Below, one piece after another: positions 20,301-27,500 of a DNA stretch of 32,000 nucleotides. The notes beneath the pieces were generated by a model, which was not told the origin of the DNA, made no database searches, and was given only the letters and a program-made list of their open reading frames with translations. The stretch's first letter is position 1. Every line of letters begins with the position of its first letter. Source of the DNA: Candidatus Lokiarchaeum ossiferum (lineage in GTDB: Archaea > Asgardarchaeota > Lokiarchaeia > Sigyniarchaeales > Promethearchaeaceae); NCBI GenBank assembly GCA_025839675.1, contig CP104013.1, forward strand, positions 5,700,001 through 5,732,000. Reading direction: 5' to 3'. The position numbers and the translations under genes are program-made.

Positions 20301-20579
20301 ACTTTGAATTGCTTCAAGAACATCAAACGTGGCGACATTTTCCATCACATAGTCATTTTCAAAACTTGTTTCAGGGTTTCCTAAAAATTCCCTTAAGATA
20401 TCATCATCTTTCACTTGAAAATTGTCCTGATTTGTTGATTTATCCACTAAATCATCATCTAAGTTGAATTTATTATCCATAGAGTTGCTCTCATTAGAAT
20501 ATGAAGTGATTAAGGAAAATAAAATGAGAAGAACTACAAGTATTTTATTAAATTGATTCCATTTTTTTATTCGAGCCAC
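14349..20579 (-). CDS. Giant (2076 aa) bitopic surface protein with a large extracellular region, one late TM helix and a ~330-aa cytoplasmic tail
   Basis: GTG start at 20579 with AGGGGT upstream. The N-terminal signal/anchor is KILVVLLILFSLITSYS. About 1700 aa of Asn/Ser/Thr-rich sequence follow, with dozens of N-x-S/T sequons and Ig-like repeats. The TM helix VLPISISLVSLIVLSMV (nt 15342-15392) is followed by the positive stop-transfer YRGIYVPKRNKRR. Then comes a soluble tail with an alpha/beta regulatory-type module and a possible winged-helix-like end. Confidence 0.85.
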   Translation of the reverse strand: MARIKKWNQFNKILVVLLILFSLITSYSNESNSMDNKFNLDDDLVDKSTNQDNFQVKDDDILREFLGNPETSFENDYVMENVATFDVLEAIQSTAEKSRLDISTENFTIGIPENWNINSHTMNIDAIAQEWNITRDGSIEASSMEREWDFSASQYVSDDSWGFRGDYSNELGIISTADNGVINPYIPRDALAVWSQEDITKPDPEAEIHETELISTGNSEFALYNQFNEEPSWGDELIGISGSNWERDFDNPYGGDKKASNRRLEYNDVDESLQAYIHAGSSLLTLGNPSIGWNVVFPELTAPDFIPKKYEFITYWKVEALSFEASDNLSIIARIDGQYIDGRTDTNGVSYPNATATTLENSLANIGEPLGHDYVVRIFDITELIDSQKSNHTLDFGIWFENINDTSDEVQVSFGGVFIRAIEEDQYDIGNLEFECEINFDNTFQMRNWYLFSVFANNSGSEIFVPLGFIDDIFTAPQESKNLQYNLSTRHKSILNSDQFIFHLGILNLGGERPHTWDFSVSFDDIFLEVIYNQPNLTKVGLQRWNGTSWINQTEFGIDSKVPLENNNLTMAFNITNPLYASSFLEFEDNLIISRNQSNNASATYIIPSFSEIAPERILWNVSYDNANTFDQLINHEYENFNPRGYNFTVVDLPAYDGLGENSTDWLWTGGVDPTGVTPEYAKGFSTNGSQNNPNSQNLTIAEATEKLNDFNYINGTWILTYSSKNCLADVFLIHDDAPENTRFYDQNSTILQVNQSNIEEVEGNYNITIFDASNEIIPQFPAYFPHISGNLTDSSWIINDTGVGEYSIYAIWNNTEGGQTTQLGIARGTFEVWRSLNANITQKMNELNSGDVGNFYLNISHEKGLPISGAENYLNIFWSDSENLWGIDWPPNQYLIGEVYENSSFGSEGNYTLEFKTRSVPIGNYDIFIEVTYPFYDEVKLYSIIKISGYPMSMNIISGAFNTDIYTGLIHSNNLPRVDDNQKSTIEVNVTNSSNGAPLSNGQLTGKFNGTDNIFYGVDIYQQTQKESDRGLYYINLNAYGLNTTSRMDTFNYTLSLTISLDGYNSTYIEFSTAILPIATQLVSNTLEPLYEESKVDIYATFDNINQIESPLPLSGGDLSWKIQNESFEMLAYGNLTNLLSGVYASSIDFTEDGFHLEPGIYILEITANLINCENASWIQSNFQILEKKESQINILLTESLQIGKIMDLVVNLSYILNSSPIFDAEIQIILNFDGFESLQIFKTTDGFGMISYSQMISSEYAETTLDVHVIYLGTPYIQNSSYADLNNFIKGKNSVNLSIELDADSMLRVGYQVILSGNLSISSYEDYIDIYLTVAAWVDGDNQNLVFIQQIYVNEDGVYEYLTPAIPDGYQNITFFIDYAGTAINGYASASIVDQVILMKWETSFEITNLKSMYRIGEEFDLNILAKYLDSSCNFSFYTESIFIIYEYEGMDPIIRQAWFGFSGIIVIDYEIPQDCGDWLNITLNFQGNSTIQSFMIVYTIDIWDKWDVNFEIVNIQEDLRHGAITDYNIQALFTNSSSVETLNGLETTIIIYFAGSSIYLTDTIIINSSIYISYEIPFDDGGDWMNISISFSGTSKISSFQKVISYSILPRLKTTLILLDTKVKEDFSGDFTFSVKLIDENGKELQGQTIRFILRNSIGESISDTTASTNAEGIATTTIVVDSVGSFTIVPIFEASSIYETTNLNANQDNLYNVRVINTWIIIWDNVLPISISLVSLIVLSMVTYRGIYVPKRNKRRLQMIEIHRQFADIENIQYMLIIHKQNGLSLFSQSFSNIPIDANLISGFLSAISSFGKEIGSNLKPEMNLESNSTPMDGNQGLEELSYQQFKIVVKDGEFIRTAVLLLKSPGESMKKSVQKFNQKLEDTHKEIFNNWIGEEIPREPIMKIVEEMLHVDLLYPHNLILSKVPGFLKSYGKKSVQSLIVKEAKVNFDCSFKVRDMIIALAAYGKKEITTFNSIHELRAEGVVFAVNPRTKALAEKFKPFIQQLSKEERLVLKTIEEGIKNQKDLENKTKILVVIPSILRLQQLELIDEHLNLTENGEIIVTLINMIPDL
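15744..16379 (-). repeat. Two tandem ~106-aa (318-nt) Ig-like repeats inside the giant protein, with a third divergent copy upstream
   Basis: Repeat 1 is KWETSFEITN...YEIPQDCGDWLNITLNFQGNSTIQSF. Repeat 2 is DKWDVNFEIVN...YEIPFDDGGDWMNISISFSGTSKISSF. The anchoring Trp residues (aa 1403 and 1509) are 106 aa apart. The preceding YLTPAIPDGYQNITFFIDYAGTAING looks like a degenerate earlier copy. Confidence 0.6.
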
Positions 20580-21435
20580 TACTATAAACCCCTTTTAATT
20601 TATTACATTCAAACATAATCTGTTTGATGGAAATTTCTAAATATGTTTTAACTATTAGTTTTTCAAATTTTAAATATTGACTGTGAAATTAAGGAAGAAC
20701 TAAAATTAATAACACAAAGTAAGATCTTACGCTTTTTTTTTGATTACCGTCAAGCGACTTGGGTCAAAAATGGACTGATTTTTACCTTCCATTGTAGGAA
20801 TTTCAATTTTAGATTTCTCAAAGAATAGGGTTCCCGCTGCAACCCGATAATGGGAGGTCTATTATTTTCCGAGAAATCTGATGACAAGAAGGTAGAAATG
20901 TTCATTTTCAGGAGTTTTATTTCTGAGTTATTTTTCATCCTCAAGATTTCTTAGAATGTCTCCCTCTTGGGCAGCATCATCTGAGAAAAATGACTTTGTG
21001 TTGAAAAAATCGGTGACCGCTAGTAACTTGACTTATATTTTGTTGTTTTACGTTATTGATACATCAAGAATTACAACCATCTTCACTTGATGCTAATTAA
21101 TTATTCTCGTCACAGCTATATAAGCGATGGAGTATGCTTCTCCCCCAGTTTTATTTATTATTTATTATTTTTTTTGCTTACTGTCAATTATTATTAGGAT
21201 CATAAGTAAAATCGCTAATCCAATGAACATTAATAGGATGTGATTAAAATTTAGGCTAACAAAATATTTTCGGACCATTTTTATATAATGAAACAAGATT
21301 GTGAATAGGAGATTGTGTGTATAAAAAAATATCCATGTTTTTAAAAAGCCATTTCCAACCAGAAGGAAAAGATCGAAGGTGAGATCTTTCCTAGAGGATG
21401 AATAGATTAAATCTATTTTTTAATACAGATCATGG

Positions 21436-22293
21436 CTACCTAAAGATTTCTGCGAGTTCCCTTATATTGAAGACACTCACCGGAGCGAAACCATTGCTTT
21501 CTTGTCTTTTTATAATCTCTTTGGCATATTTATGTCGAAAATTGCGCAAAAAATTCTGTAATTTTCTTCTTAGGGTAATTGAAGATCGATCTGCCACGAC
21601 AAACGCTGTTAAAGTCCCATGGGTTTCTAACATTATCACAAAACGATCCTTTTCAATCAGCCGAATATTTCCCGATTGTTTTAATATTTCGTTGGTTAAG
21701 ATCGATATTGCTGATAACGATCCTCCTAATATGGTGACAAAACCCGCTGTGACATCTTCTTGTAAAAAATGTCTCCCTAAAACAAGTCCAGTATCAATTT
21801 CCATGACACATACTAAATAGGGGGTTCCTGGCGGAAGAAGAATCGAGTTCCATTCGATAAGATCTTTTGTGGAAATCACACCGATGGGTTGTCGTTTAAC
21901 ATTTCCCAAAATGGCTCTTTTAAACCCTGTTTGTTGTAATTTACCAATTAATTCATCTATTGGAGTTCCCATCCGCATTATATCGATTGGGCCTCTCATA
22001 ATTTCTTTCGCTCGAGTATCGTGTAATAAATTTTTTCCTCCTGCCAGTAAACCATAAAAATCTAAATGGTTCCGTTGTTTTACAAGAAATCGAATGATAT
22101 CCGTATGAGAAATGATGTAATATTCAGTTAAATTATTTATATCTTCAACTACTACTGCAGAAATTTGCTTCGTATCCATGATTTTTAACACATTGATCAA
22201 TCGTTCATTTTTTTCCACTAAATGAACTCCTACATGGGCAATTTCTTCAACTGACAATCCATAACTATAACTTTCTATTTGTTTAATCTCCAT
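21436..22293 (-). CDS. CBS-pair (Bateman) domain protein with a C-terminal longin/roadblock-like alpha/beta module
   Basis: 285-aa ORF with two CBS motifs. CBS1 is LINVLKIMDTKQISAVVVED...YYIISHTDIIRFL. CBS2 is IMRGPIDIMRMGTPIDELIGKLQQTGFKRAILGN...PIGVISTKDLIEW. The C-terminal ~125 aa are YLVCVMEIDTGLVLGRHF...ILGGSLSAISILTNEIL...RFVIMLETHGTLTAFVVAD...LRRKLQNFLRNF, with a beta-beta-alpha-beta-beta-alpha pattern. Confidence 0.8.
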   Translation of the reverse strand: MEIKQIESYSYGLSVEEIAHVGVHLVEKNERLINVLKIMDTKQISAVVVEDINNLTEYYIISHTDIIRFLVKQRNHLDFYGLLAGGKNLLHDTRAKEIMRGPIDIMRMGTPIDELIGKLQQTGFKRAILGNVKRQPIGVISTKDLIEWNSILLPPGTPYLVCVMEIDTGLVLGRHFLQEDVTAGFVTILGGSLSAISILTNEILKQSGNIRLIEKDRFVIMLETHGTLTAFVVADRSSITLRRKLQNFLRNFRHKYAKEIIKRQESNGFAPVSVFNIRELAEIFR

Positions 22294-22556
22294 TCTCTAG
22301 TTTAGATTAATTAAATATTCACAAAAAAAGAATCCCATCAGATCAATAAGAAGGTTGGAAGGGAAATTATCTCCTTATAGTACCTTATGGTTATTTATTT
22401 TCTTTAATTTTTAAAGTTCTAAAAAAAGAACGAAAAATTTGAAGCTTAAGGATTATTACTAGATAATTGAGAGGTCTTTCAGGATTGGATTAGTTTTTTA
22501 TATATAAACAAAAAAAAAAAGAATATCGGAGAACTCGTGTTAAGTTCACACACATT

Positions 22557-23396
22557 TTACATTCCAGTTTCGCCAGGTTGTAACACTCCTGCAAAAACAA
22601 ACCAGGCCAATAACGTTTTCGCCACTAAACTCAATATAATATAAACTCGTTCTCCGAATACATAGTCTTTCCAGGGACCGACTTTAAGATATTGCAAAAG
22701 CATATTGAAGGCAAATGACATAAACAGAGCGATTTCAAATCCATAGATATATGGAACAAACCATGGAACTCCATCGACTTGCATGGCACTATAAAATACT
22801 GCTGTGATTACGATCCATGGAATAATTCCCGCAATCCAACCATAAATATAACTGGTCCAATTGGTTTTTTTGGTGTATTGATTATGTAATTCCATTGTAT
22901 GGCCAAAGAGATTCATCAAGGCGTTTAACATGAATATGAGAAACAAAATCCAAAATTCCTTTACACCGAATAAAACTGCGATGAAGAAAATCATAATGGA
23001 ACTTGAGATCGCATATTCAAACCATCGAAGTGGATTCATACGTTTAGCTAAATTTTTTTTGTAAAATTTCTTCATTGGTCCAGCTAATAAGAAATGGGCA
23101 ATGGCGGAGAAAAACAGAAAGGATGCGACAATTGGGCCTACGCTTTTCAGTGTCCAAAACACATCTTCCGAAAGCACAAAATTGGGGTATTCGACTTCCA
23201 AAATATAGATAGAAGCTTGAAAATTTTTCAGATTATCGATAGTAAAACCCATGATGAGCATGAGAGAGGCTTGTACAAAATGCAAGATTCCCATGATGAG
23301 GTTAAATCGCGTCAATTTATCAAAATCCACAGGAGATTTTGATCCATCAGTGTAGATGATCCCATGGGAATCATCTTCCTTTACATTGGATGACAT
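22557..23396 (-). CDS. Heliorhodopsin (7-TM retinal protein, inverted-topology rhodopsin family)
   Basis: 279-aa polytopic ORF. It matches my recollection of heliorhodopsin 48C12-type signatures along its whole length. ILHFVQ carries the TM1 His. SAIAHFLLAG carries the TM2/3 His. NPLRWFEYAISSSIMIFFIA carries the TM3 Glu counter-ion candidate, E127. AGIIPWIV is also conserved. GERVYIILSLVAKTLLAWFVFAGVLQP carries the TM7 Schiff-base Lys candidate K260, at nt 22617-22619. Confidence 0.85.
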   Translation of the reverse strand: MSSNVKEDDSHGIIYTDGSKSPVDFDKLTRFNLIMGILHFVQASLMLIMGFTIDNLKNFQASIYILEVEYPNFVLSEDVFWTLKSVGPIVASFLFFSAIAHFLLAGPMKKFYKKNLAKRMNPLRWFEYAISSSIMIFFIAVLFGVKEFWILFLIFMLNALMNLFGHTMELHNQYTKKTNWTSYIYGWIAGIIPWIVITAVFYSAMQVDGVPWFVPYIYGFEIALFMSFAFNMLLQYLKVGPWKDYVFGERVYIILSLVAKTLLAWFVFAGVLQPGETGM

Positions 23397-23417
23397 GATA
23401 GGTATTTACACTTCTGT

Positions 23418-23427
23418 GGATATATAG
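23418..23427 (-). promoter_or_regulatory. TATA-like box positioned for a leaderless or near-leaderless heliorhodopsin transcript
   Basis: On the minus strand, CTATATATCC is followed by about 21-23 nt and then the ATG at 23396. This spacing is typical of archaeal TATA-to-TSS distance. Confidence 0.35.
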
Positions 23428-23461
23428 ATTCTTATATCAAAAATTAAATTATTTTACATTT

Positions 23462-23524
23462 ATCCTAATATTTCATTATTTTTTTTTTTCAAATACAAAT
23501 ATTATAATTCTTGGAAAAAAAATA
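23462..23524 (+). repeat. Intergenic repeat, copy A (T-run / CAAATATTAT / CTTGGAAAAAAA element)
   Basis: Copy A reads ATCCTAATATTTCATTA-T11-CAAATACAAATATTATAATTCTTGGAAAAAAAATA. It aligns with copy B at 24455-24516 with a handful of mismatches. Looser similarity (TTCCTATTTTATCAAG vs TTCTTATTTTATTCAAG) continues about 30 nt further. Confidence 0.55.
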
Positions 23525-23782
23525 CATCTTCCTATTTTATCAAGAGAGAAACACCGAATATCTAAAAATTTACACCTTTAACATTGAATCGGTTTAGTTA
23601 AAAATTAATGTAATAAGATCGCTATCCATCTTTTGAATTAATAGGTTGAAAAAATTGAAGATGGAGTTTTTTTTTTATATTTTGGAGTTGCAGCAAACAA
23701 AATTAGTAAATTGGTCTCAAAATTAGCAATTTCCTTAATTTGGCATAGAAAATTTTTATTTCTATTCCAAATCTAACTATTT

Positions 23783-24109
23783 ATGAATAAAGCTCGGGAA
23801 GAAGTAGAATATAGTACCATAATTCTAGAAAACACTAGAACTGAGAAACGATCAATTCACTTTAACAAACACAAATTGAGGCATATTGGAGGTATCATGC
23901 TGTTTTTAGTGACCATTATTATTCCCGCAGTGTTTGATATTCAATTATTAACTCATGCCGCGGATTTAGAAGCATTTACAAGGTTTGATTTAGTGCAAAG
24001 TAAATATATTTTATTGATCTTTATCTTGTTTCTAGGTAGTGTGACATTAATCAGTTTAACAGAAAACGCATTGTCTCACAAATATCGGAAAATAAAATCG
24101 ATATCATGA
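23783..24109 (+). CDS. Small membrane protein (2 TM as called); the reading frame continues in-frame past its TGA stop for another 68 codons
   Basis: 108-aa ORF with TM segments IGGIMLFLVTIIIPAVF and YILLIFILFLGSVTLISL. After the TGA at 24107-24109 the same frame reads LAIGGLFLLIGFLSEKEFFQNWFFPTDRENYSKDRMKFEIFLDRFRLIGAFTIFSALAPYGRSRRYHY and then TAA (24314-24316). That adds two more TM-like segments. Confidence 0.5.
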   Translation: MNKAREEVEYSTIILENTRTEKRSIHFNKHKLRHIGGIMLFLVTIIIPAVFDIQLLTHAADLEAFTRFDLVQSKYILLIFILFLGSVTLISLTENALSHKYRKIKSIS

Positions 24110-24148
24110 CTTGCTATTGGAGGTCTCTTCCTATTAATTGGATTCTTG

Positions 24149-24316
24149 AGTGAAAAAGAATTCTTTCAAAATTGGTTTTTTCCAACAGATAGGGAAAATT
24201 ACTCTAAAGACCGAATGAAGTTTGAAATATTCTTGGATCGATTCAGATTGATTGGTGCTTTTACTATATTCTCCGCTCTTGCACCTTACGGAAGATCAAG
24301 ACGATATCACTATTAA
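24149..24316 (+). repeat. 168-nt direct repeat, copy 1 (encodes the C-terminal 55 codons of the extended 4-TM frame)
   Basis: It aligns without gaps to 28108-28275. By my hand count there are 30 differences in 168 nt (about 82% identity). The reading frame and the terminal TAA are identical in both copies. Confidence 0.8.
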
Positions 24317-24454
24317 TTGCTTTTTTCGGTAATGCTGCTTTTGTAGTTCCTTTTTTTGTTTTATCATGAGAAAAGGGTTCTCTTTTGACACGCAATTCAA
24401 AGATCACAATTGATTTTATATGTATATCAAGAACTAAATAGTTTTTTTATATCA

Positions 24455-24516
24455 ATCCAAATAATTGATTCATTTTTTTTTCAAACTCAAATATTATGAC
24501 ACTTGGAAAAAAAGTA
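24455..24516 (+). repeat. Intergenic repeat, copy B
   Basis: Copy B reads ATCCAAATAATTGATTCA-T9-CAAACTCAAATATTATGACACTTGGAAAAAAAGTA. It lies between the convergent 4-TM frame (ends 24316) and the beta-helix gene (stop 24582). The T9 on plus and T7 on minus could also serve as a bidirectional terminator. Confidence 0.55.
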
Positions 24517-24581
24517 TGAAAAAAAATGATTCTTAATTCTTATTTTATTCAAGTAAATTTGAAGAAAAAAGTACTATATTG

Positions 24582-27500
24582 TTATTTATTCTTCATTTTA
24601 CTCATCATAAGCACCATTGCTGCAATTGCGATTAGCATTCCTCCCGCTCCAAGCCATGTTCCGGGGTTGTTAAACCAAGACGCAAGGGAATCTTCGTCAG
24701 GAGAAGTGGAACCTACAAGAATGTAAATGCTATCAGATTCGACAGAATATCCATTTTCATTTACAGCCTTTATGTAGACATAAAACTCCCCATCATGATC
24801 GAAACTGATTTCAATAGAAAGATCAGAGGTCGTATCATTCAGGATTCCATCAACATAAATCAGATACCACAATGCACCTTCAACTGGATTCCATGAGATT
24901 TCTAAAGAACTTGTGAAAATATGTTGACTTTCTGTAATCAAAAGAGGTATCTCTGGTAAAAGCTTAACTGTGATTATCACCGGTGCAGAAAAACTCGATT
25001 CAGTTAAAACACTTTCAGAAGTTACGGTAATTGAATAATTGCCGTCAGATCCCAAAGAGAGTAATGCACTTGTCAGTTGAGTCGTTAGAGTGAAAATTCC
25101 ATTAATGTATACATTGTATTTTGAAATATTTTGAACTTCATTCCATTGGATTACCACATTCTGGGTATTTATTTCTTGATTTACGGTGATTATAATAGGT
25201 TTATCAGGATATATACCAGATATTAGGGGATAGTTATCAACATCTCCAGATGTTCCAGAAATTGCATAGGATATTCCCCACACATCTCCAACTTTTTGTG
25301 TGACGTTATAATACCGTACATAATAATCATCCCAATAATTTCCATAATTTCCATTATCCCAATGATTATTTGTCCCATCATCTATAGCTTGAGTCTCACC
25401 ATTTCCCACAAAATTATTCATCCATATTACATTTTCCGATGAATCGAGTAGTATAGAGACTCCTGTTTTATTGTTGTTTTGAAGTATATTTGCATTAATT
25501 TTATTATTATTCGAATCTGTTAATAAAATTCCTTGATTACTCATATCAGATAAAATATTATTAATAATAAGGGAATGGTTTGTATTTGTTAATGCAATTC
25601 CTATTGAACAATTAGTAAAACTGTAGTTAGTAATTATGAAGCGATCACAATTAATCAAAATAATTTGTCCTGCACTATTGACTAACCCATTTAGTAAAAT
25701 TTGTTCTTGATTTTCATAATAGAGCAAGGGATTGTTATTAACTAAATTTGATTGGAATATAGAATTATTCACTGAACTACCAACATAAAAACCACAATTT
25801 TCTAAAATGTTTTCGGAAAATGTGTTGTGACCGCTGGAAATTAATCGAATCCCAAATTCCATGGAATTTTCTATTGTATTCATAGTGAATGTATTATTCT
25901 CTCCGTATAAGATATAAATACCATTTTGTGAATGATTGCTCAAAGTATTGTTAGAAATAGTACAATTTTTTGATTGATAGATATATATTCCATCCCCCCC
26001 ATTTTTATCAAGTAAATTACCATTAACCGAAATATTGAGAGATAAATAGATCATTATGCCTGAATATTTATTGGAATTGACCTCATTTCCAATTAAATCG
26101 GTAAAATCAGAATTATATAAAATTATACCAACGTTCCCTAAAGTTGCAATGTTGTCCGAAATATTGTTTTTATCTGAATCGAAAAGCGAAATTCCACTTC
26201 CATCATGATCCTCTAAATTATTGTTAATTATTTTATTTCTATGTGATTGTGAAAGAAATATCCCATCCCCCTCTATAATAGTCGTTGTACTAATAAGATC
26301 CAAATTATTGCTAATGTCATTCCCAATAATTTCATTATCATCGGATAGGAAAAGAAAAATACCCTTATTTTGATTAGTAGATGCTTCATTCTCAAGTATA
26401 GAATTATTATGAGAATCAAATAGTGAGATACCTATTATGTTATTAAATTCGAAAACATTGGTGGAAATATTATTTTCATCAGATTCATGAACATATAATC
26501 CTGCATTGTCATTATGGCCAACATTATTCATATAGATCGATGTATTATTGGATGAAGAAAGATAAACTCCGTATGAATTATTATTTATAACATTGTCAGA
26601 AATAGAGTTGTTAACAGACGAGGTTAATCTAAGACCATCTAAAAGATTACATTCAATACTATTATCATAAACGGTGTTATTATTGGAAATTTCAAAAATC
26701 ATACCATTTTCATTATTATCTCTCAAAATATTTGCAGATACTATACTAATGTTGGAATTATATAGACGTAATCCGCTTAAAGTATTATTAATAATTGTGT
26801 TTTCAAATAAAGTGTTATTTAATCCGCTATATAATCGAATTCCATATAGAGATTGATTAAATACGGTATTTTCTAATATATCATTATAATCTGAATTATA
26901 GAGATAGATTCCATTTTCACTGTTACTATTTATGGAATTATTTGAGATAATGTTATTATCTGAACTTTCAGCATAAATCCCATCCTCATTTTGATTAAAT
27001 ATATTATTTGAAATATTATTTTTATTAGAATGATATAATCGTATACCATTATCAAATAGATTTTCATTCGCAGTATTACCAGAAACGTTATTATTGTCCG
27101 AAATGAATAAATAAATCCCAGAAGCATGGTTTGCATTGACTTTGTTTTCAGTAATGGTATTGTTCTCTGAATTATTGATATAGATTCCATGATCTGAAAT
27201 TGTATTTGAGACATTATTTCTATTTATGGAGTTACTGTGCGAATTATCTAAGGTTATCCCATAAATTTGATTTGCATCGACATTATTTCTTTCAATGCTG
27301 TTATTATTGGAATTTCTTAGGCTAATCCCATGATAGCTATTTGTTTCTACAATATTATCTACGATAGTGTTATTATGCGAATCATCCAATATGATTCCGT
27401 GTTCATCGTTTGAAGATGTGGTACAATTATTGATCAATATATTCGTACTATTATACAAACGAATACCTCCATTTCCCGATTCTAAACCGCAATTAATTAT

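Noticed and set aside
20878-20926. Possible C/D-box sRNA in the 856-bp spacer upstream of the giant gene: CTGATGA at 20878-20884 and CTGA at 20923-20926, 49 nt end to end.
   Set aside because: The C box starts with C instead of a purine. There are no internal D'/C' boxes at the expected ~12-nt guide spacing, and no terminal stem. Both tetra- and heptamers are expected by chance in this much sequence.
21165-21278. 37-aa minus-strand ORF (MVRKYFVSLNFNHILLMFIGLAILLMILIIIDSKQKK) with one TM helix, in the spacer between the CBS gene and the giant gene.
   Set aside because: It is too short to support from sequence alone and has no ribosome-binding site or properly spaced TATA box. It might be a real small membrane protein, but that needs ribosome profiling or conservation evidence.
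24107-24109. Genome-wide reassignment of TGA (code 4/25-like) as the explanation for the in-frame TGA in the 4-TM gene.
   Set aside because: TGA clearly functions as a stop elsewhere in the window. The cobY-like gene ends in TGA within an ATGA start/stop overlap (31059-31062). cobS ends in TGA at 31743. The 206-aa ORF ends in TGA at 12270 with no coding-like continuation. No other long ORF is broken by TGA.
24526-24726. 66-aa plus-strand ORF starting just after intergenic repeat copy B.
   Set aside because: It is antisense to the C-terminal TM anchor of the beta-helix protein. Its hydrophobic stretch is the mirror of that anchor, and there is no independent support.
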